This document shows, piece after piece, positions 6,735 to 11,157 of a DNA stretch of 11,157 nucleotides. The DNA is from a virus (Duplodnaviria; Heunggongvirae; Uroviricota; Caudoviricetes): the IMG/VR virus record IMGVR_UViG_3300031248_000001. One strand, written 5' to 3'. The translations under genes were made by a program, and so were the position numbers. Each line of letters opens with the position of its first letter. The first letter of the stretch is position 1. Under the pieces are notes generated by a model. It was not told the DNA's origin. It searched no databases and worked only from the letters and a program-made list of their open reading frames with translations.

Positions 6735-7363
6735 GCGCCGTCCTGATCCAGGTCGCCACCGGCGATTGGACGCCGGTTCTGGAAGTCACCGAACTACACC
6801 ACCAAGCCTACTGCGCGCGACACGGGATGACCTGGCGGGCGGTCCGCGAGCCGCTGCAGACGGAGCGGCACCCGATCTGGTGCAAGATCTGGGCAATCCG
6901 GCAGGCGCTGGCGGAAGGCTTCGATTGGGTGTTTTGTTTGGACGGGGACGCCCTGGTGGTGGACGTGGAGACCGACCTGCGGAGCGCGCTCACCTACGGG
7001 GAGTTGGGGCTCGCGTGGCACGTCCTGCCCTGGATGCCCTTGAACTTGAACACGGGCGTCAGCTACATCCGGAACACGCCCCGGATGCGGGAGTTCTACG
7101 AGCGGGTGGCGACCTTCCCGCACGAGGCGGATTGGGACGCCTGCACGCACAAGCTGGGGAGCCGGGGCGGCGAGCAGCATTCGGTGGTGCGGGTCTTGCA
7201 GGAGACGGGGTTCGAGGTGCTCCAGATCCTGCATCAGCGGTGGAACTACGTGGGGGGCGAGATGCCGGAATGCCGGCCGGTGGTGCAGGCGTGGCACGGG
7301 GTCGGCGGGATTACGGATCGGGTAGCGTTGATGGCGGCGGAGTTGGATAAACTACAGGTATGA
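6731..7363 (+). CDS. Glycosyltransferase, GT34 / GMA12-MNN10-like
   Basis: ATGA overlap start at 6731 (210 aa). YCARHG, WCKIWAIRQAL, DWVFCLDGDAL (DxD), LNTGVSYIRNT, GEQ and RWN follow the GMA12/MNN10 motif order. Confidence 0.7.
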   Translation: MSAVLIQVATGDWTPVLEVTELHHQAYCARHGMTWRAVREPLQTERHPIWCKIWAIRQALAEGFDWVFCLDGDALVVDVETDLRSALTYGELGLAWHVLPWMPLNLNTGVSYIRNTPRMREFYERVATFPHEADWDACTHKLGSRGGEQHSVVRVLQETGFEVLQILHQRWNYVGGEMPECRPVVQAWHGVGGITDRVALMAAELDKLQV

Positions 7364-7575
7364 GCAAGCCAGGGTTCTTGAAGACTGCTGAGGAGAAGGT
7401 TGCTGAACGCCAGGGCGACCCGGTGCTTCGCCAGATGCCCCCCGTCGGTTGTGGCAAGCGCTATTTCCGGGTGATTGACGGTGAAGTTTGCGAGACGCTG
7501 AGTCCCGCCGTAGATTCCTCGGCCTTCCGTAGAGAGACGGTCCCGTTTGCTATCTGGGGCACTGCCGAGACGTAA
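7360..7575 (+). CDS. Hypothetical protein (71 aa)
   Basis: ATGA overlap with the GT34 stop, ~49/71 G/C-ending codons, and it fills the gap to 7588. Confidence 0.5.
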   Translation: MSKPGFLKTAEEKVAERQGDPVLRQMPPVGCGKRYFRVIDGEVCETLSPAVDSSAFRRETVPFAIWGTAET

Positions 7576-7587
7576 CCTCTACCCACA

Positions 7588-8817
7588 ATGACCATCACGG
7601 CTTCCCGGCCGGCACCCGTAACGGTGCCGGCCTTCTCTACGCCCGGCCGCTGCACCCTCTGCTGCGGGTCGCACATCCGCTGCGTGCTCGATCTAGGGGA
7701 ACAGCCGCTGGCGAACGGCCTGCTCTCCTCCGCCGCCGAAGTGGCCCCGCGCTTCCCGCTCCGGCTTGGCTACTGCGAGGGCTGCGGTCACGTCGAACTC
7801 ATGGACCGCGTGCCGCCGGAAGCGATGTTCGGCACCTATGTCTACCGGACGGGGGCGAGCGCGCCGATGGTCGCGCACTTCACGGAGCTGGCCGCGCAGG
7901 TTTCGCATCGCCTCTCCGTGGTGGACCCCGGCTGGGTCTGCGAGATCGGCTCGAACGACGGGACGTTCTTGCGGGCGCTGCGCGGGCAGGGATTCGCGGA
8001 AGAGGAAGTGATCGGGGTTGATCCGTGTTCCGTGGCGCGCGGCGAGCAGTTCACGGTGCATCGCTATTTCGGGACGCTGGTGGCCGAGCAACTGCGCGAT
8101 AGCTACGGCCCCGCCGCCTGCGTGGTGGCCTGCAACGTGCTCGCCCACTGTCCGCAGCCGACCGCGCTGCTTAAGGCCGCCCACGGGCTCCTGGCCCGCA
8201 ACGGCTTGCTGGTGCTGGAGGTGCCGTATCTGCGGGATATGGTGGACAGCCTGACCTGGGATCAGGTCTACCACGAGCACCACTCCGTCTTCTCTGCCCA
8301 GATCCTGGCGCGGTTGTTGACGGTGACGGGCTTCGTGGCCGAGCAGGTGGAGCGGCTGTCCGTCCACGGCGGTTCCCTGCGGGTCTGGGCGCGCGCGGTC
8401 TCCAACATCCAGCAGCACAGTCCCTGCCCGGAATGGCACGCCCTGCAGGAGCAGGAGTGGCGGAGCCCGGTGGACTGGGAGCGATTTGGCGCGGACGTGG
8501 AACGGCACGCGACCCGGCTGCGGGAGCTGTGCGGCGGCGCGGAACGGCTCATCGGTTACGGGGCACCGGCCAAGGCGACGGTCTTGTTGAATTACGCGGG
8601 AATCAAGCCGACCGCCCTGTTCGACACGACGCCGGAGAAGGCGGGCCGCTACGTGCCCGGCGTGAACGCGCCGATCCTGCCGATGGACGAGATCCGCGAC
8701 CACCGCCCCGACCGCGCCCTCCTACTCGCCTGGAACTATCAGGACGCGATCCTGGCACGCGAGACGTGGCTGCACGGGAAGTGGGTTATCCCTTTCCCTG
8801 TCCCGAGGACTGCCTGA
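7588..8817 (+). CDS. NDP-hexose C3-methyltransferase (TylC3/TcaB9/EvaC-like)
   Basis: Zn site CTLC (7651-7662) and CEGC (7774-7785), LDLGEQPLAN, FPLRL, EIGSNDGTFL, NVLAH, EVPYL, DQVYHEH (YHEH 8269-8280), HGGSLRV, GYGAPAKATVLLN, PEKAGRYVPG and LLLAWNY: the full motif series of the family. Confidence 0.92.
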   Translation: MTITASRPAPVTVPAFSTPGRCTLCCGSHIRCVLDLGEQPLANGLLSSAAEVAPRFPLRLGYCEGCGHVELMDRVPPEAMFGTYVYRTGASAPMVAHFTELAAQVSHRLSVVDPGWVCEIGSNDGTFLRALRGQGFAEEEVIGVDPCSVARGEQFTVHRYFGTLVAEQLRDSYGPAACVVACNVLAHCPQPTALLKAAHGLLARNGLLVLEVPYLRDMVDSLTWDQVYHEHHSVFSAQILARLLTVTGFVAEQVERLSVHGGSLRVWARAVSNIQQHSPCPEWHALQEQEWRSPVDWERFGADVERHATRLRELCGGAERLIGYGAPAKATVLLNYAGIKPTALFDTTPEKAGRYVPGVNAPILPMDEIRDHRPDRALLLAWNYQDAILARETWLHGKWVIPFPVPRTA

Positions 8818-9026
8818 TGGCTTCCCGCTACATCCGTATCAACCACCGCAGCAAGTCTCTGGCACGCGGGCGCATCCCCGGCTGCTGGCCGCCGCTCCCC
8901 GCCGTAGGGCCGTACGTCACGAGCGCCGATAGCGGGCTACTGATCGCGAAGAAGCACGCGGTTAAGGGGCGGGGCGGGTACGTGCACCGGGCGTTTCGCT
9001 TCGGGGAGAGGGATCGGACACCGTGA
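8817..9026 (+). CDS. Small basic hypothetical protein (69 aa, MASRYIRINHRSK...RDRTP)
   Basis: TGATG overlap upstream and GTGA overlap downstream; ~58/69 G/C-ending codons; R/K-rich. It is the distal part of track ORF 8433..9026. Confidence 0.6.
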   Translation: MASRYIRINHRSKSLARGRIPGCWPPLPAVGPYVTSADSGLLIAKKHAVKGRGGYVHRAFRFGERDRTP

Positions 9027-9652
9027 CTCAGGCAGAAGGCCGAACCCTGTTCCGTGACTTGACGAACGAGCAGGACACGAACATCGTCACGGCGGCACAG
9101 GTCGATCAGCAGATCAGCCTTGGGCAAGAGGCGCTCAACGACCTCATCGGCTACTTCATAAAGGACGATACGAGTACGATCGCGCTGGTGAATGGGACGC
9201 AGGAATACACGCTCCCCGCCGACTGTCTCGAAGTCCTGCACGCGACGTGGAACAACACGTTCTTGAAGGAAGAGACGCTAGACGAGGCGCGGCGGAACTA
9301 CACCAACTGGCTTTCAGCATCCGCCTCTGCCACGCTCGAAAGCTACGTGCTTTACGGGCGGAAACTGCTCTTAATCCCGAAGCCGAACGCTACAGCGGTC
9401 TCTTCGGACGGCTTCGTGGACCTCCGCTACGTGGCGACCCCCACGGCCTACGCGACCACGGCGTTCGACGGGCTTGCCTCGCAGCACCACGCGATTCCCA
9501 TCTACTACGCGGCGTCTCTGTGGTTGGACGCCCACGGGTTCGACGGCGCGATGGTGCGGTCGCAGCGTCTGATGGAGAAGTTCCTGCAGCGGGCCGAGGG
9601 GGCGAGGCGGCATTACCAGAGCCGCTTCACGAGCGGGAAAGGGCGGGCGTAA
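9023..9652 (+). CDS. Putative head-tail adaptor / connector protein, paralog 1
   Basis: Helical N-terminus, ALVNGTQEYTLPADCLEV, LLLIPKP, RYVATP and a helical C-terminus: an architecture I associate with phage adaptor proteins; lies downstream of the head genes. Confidence 0.6.
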   Translation: MTQAEGRTLFRDLTNEQDTNIVTAAQVDQQISLGQEALNDLIGYFIKDDTSTIALVNGTQEYTLPADCLEVLHATWNNTFLKEETLDEARRNYTNWLSASASATLESYVLYGRKLLLIPKPNATAVSSDGFVDLRYVATPTAYATTAFDGLASQHHAIPIYYAASLWLDAHGFDGAMVRSQRLMEKFLQRAEGARRHYQSRFTSGKGRA

Positions 9653-10333
9653 GTGGCGCAGTTCACCCTTGACGGGCTCCGGTCGGCGCTGCGGAAGCGG
9701 ATCGGCAACCCAGACACGCGCGAGGCCCCGGACCGCGAGTTGGATGACTTCCTGCAACGCGGCTGGGAATGGGCCGCCGCCGAGCTCGAACTCACCGTCA
9801 CCACCGACACCACGACCCTCGCCCTCGTCGCCGGCACCCAGGAATACACGCTCCCGACCGACCTCCTGGTGGTGTTGTGGGCGGAGTGGAACGAGATCCG
9901 GCTGAAAGGGCGCACGACGTTCGAGTGGGATCGGGACGGAACCGTGTGGCGGAACGCGGAGAACGCGGACACGCTCGTGGAGTTCGCGCTGGAAGGTCAG
10001 AAGATGATCTTCAGCGCCCCGCCTTCCGCAACAGCAGTGACCGCAGACAGTGCCGTGACGGTGCGCTACTACGCGAATGCGGCGGCCCTGGCGACCTCCA
10101 GCACGGCGGCGACGGCGCTCGGGGAAGGTGACCAGATGCTGCCCGTCTACGCGGCGGCGGTGGAGTGGCTGGGCGTGCATCCGGAGCGGGACCAGGGCGC
10201 GCTGCTATTGCAGGCGAACGCGGCGACGCTGGGGCGGCTGCTCGTGCAGGCGAAGCGGCGGGTGATGAAGCGGATAGCGGATTACGAGCCGGGGTTTGCG
10301 GTGAGTAATCGCAGGGCGGGGATCGCCAGGTAA
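9653..10333 (+). CDS. Putative head-tail adaptor / connector protein, paralog 2
   Basis: TLDGLRSALRKRIGNPD, ALVAGTQEYTLPTDLLVVLWAEWN and PPSATAVTADSAVTVRYYA are clearly similar to 9023-9652. GTG abuts the upstream TAA. Confidence 0.6.
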   Translation: MAQFTLDGLRSALRKRIGNPDTREAPDRELDDFLQRGWEWAAAELELTVTTDTTTLALVAGTQEYTLPTDLLVVLWAEWNEIRLKGRTTFEWDRDGTVWRNAENADTLVEFALEGQKMIFSAPPSATAVTADSAVTVRYYANAAALATSSTAATALGEGDQMLPVYAAAVEWLGVHPERDQGALLLQANAATLGRLLVQAKRRVMKRIADYEPGFAVSNRRAGIAR

Positions 10334-10360
10334 GCGGGCGGGGGAGTAGCGAGATTTCGA

Positions 10361-10395
10361 GGGGAGTGCCCTTTTCGGGGCGCTCCTTTTTCTTT
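10361..10395 (+). terminator. Intrinsic terminator
   Basis: GGAGTGCCCT (10363-10372) / GGGGCGCTCC (10377-10386) stem followed by TTTTTCTTT. Confidence 0.8.
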
Positions 10396-10413
10396 GTACC
10401 GGGGGATGGGTAG

Positions 10414-11157
10414 ATGCCGATTGCAGCAGGATACGGGATAGGTCCGGTTACGCTGGATGCCGACGAGGAGACCGCTGTTCTGGGGGTGGGCGGCCGATCC
10501 TCGGTAGGCGGCTCCCTGAACACGAACGCGGCGAACGCGACCCTCACCTACATCATCGAGCTATCCCTCGACAATGAGACTTCCTGGGAGCCCGCGACGT
10601 GGTTCCAACAGGATGCGACCCCGGCGCCGCTGTCGGGCAACCAGGCGGTAGCCGCGGCGACCCTGACGGCGGTCGGCTTCTATATCAACCTGCCTGGCGG
10701 GGTCACGCACGTACGGGTGCGGCTGGACGCCTACACGTCCGGCGAATTGCGCGTGACGATGCACGCGGTAGACACGCCGCCGGGCCACGTGCTGGCGACC
10801 CTGGTGGACAGCAGCGGGAATGTGGGGAGTGGGCTATCCCTTGGCACGGTGACCGGTCCTGTCGCCGATGATGCTCCGGCCGTCATCGGCACCACGACCG
10901 TCTTCCCGATGGGGGCACTGGCGGACGAGACCACGCCCGACAGCGTGGACGAGGGGGATGTGGGCATCCCCCGGATGACGTTGACGCGCATCCTGAAGAC
11001 GAGTGCTCAGGATCATGTCCGGGCGATCAGCGGATCCCACACTACGAACTCCAGCCTTTCCTCGGCGGTCACGCTCACGCCGCCGGCCAACGCCACCGCG
11101 CTCATTATTCAGGCGACGGTCAGTGCGAAGAACATCCGGCTCACCCTGGACGGTACG
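10414..11157 (+). CDS. 3'-truncated putative virion structural protein (fibre/decoration-like)
   Basis: Missing from the ORF track. Open from ATG 10414 to the window end (248 codons: MPIAAGYGIGPVTLDADEETAVLGVGG...YIIELSLDNETSWEP...THVRVRLDAYTSG...NIRLTLDGT). Strong G/C third-position bias; Thr/Ser/Ala/Gly-rich and beta-like. Confidence 0.65.
   Translation, partial: MPIAAGYGIGPVTLDADEETAVLGVGGRSSVGGSLNTNAANATLTYIIELSLDNETSWEPATWFQQDATPAPLSGNQAVAAATLTAVGFYINLPGGVTHVRVRLDAYTSGELRVTMHAVDTPPGHVLATLVDSSGNVGSGLSLGTVTGPVADDAPAVIGTTTVFPMGALADETTPDSVDEGDVGIPRMTLTRILKTSAQDHVRAISGSHTTNSSLSSAVTLTPPANATALIIQATVSAKNIRLTLDGT

Noticed and set aside
1297-8703. Long minus-strand ORFs (1297-2301, 2536-3831, 5284-5877, 5883-6539, 7693-8703)
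   Set aside because: Antisense shadows of recognisable + strand genes, as expected in high-GC DNA; no family motifs.
1-11157. CRISPR array, tRNA/rRNA, integrase or transposase
   Set aside because: No regularly spaced repeats, cloverleaf motifs or recombinase motifs were seen.

Overview
Head/morphogenesis region of a tailed phage or prophage (roughly two-thirds GC); every gene I can support is on the + strand. Order: 5'-truncated scaffold-like ORF (<2-589), capsid decoration-like gene (680-1207), Mu-gpT-like major capsid protein (1288-2226) and a beta-rich putative virion protein (2305-3105). A ~5.7 kb sugar transfer/methylation cassette follows (3106-8817): GT2 fused to the N-half of a GT9, a 76-aa membrane microgene, the GT9 C-half, a structured intergenic region bounded by a 25-bp repeat, a second GT2, a Methyltransf_24-like methyltransferase, a GT34/MNN10-like transferase, a small ORF and an NDP-hexose C3-methyltransferase. 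Then come a small basic ORF, two paralogous head-tail adaptor-like genes (9023-10333), a terminator and a 3'-truncated Thr/Ser/Ala-rich structural ORF (10414->11157). The main hypothesis is a phage-encoded pathway that decorates the virion with a methylated, branched-sugar glycan. Family calls come from motif recognition by eye; no database searches were run, and base counts are manual.
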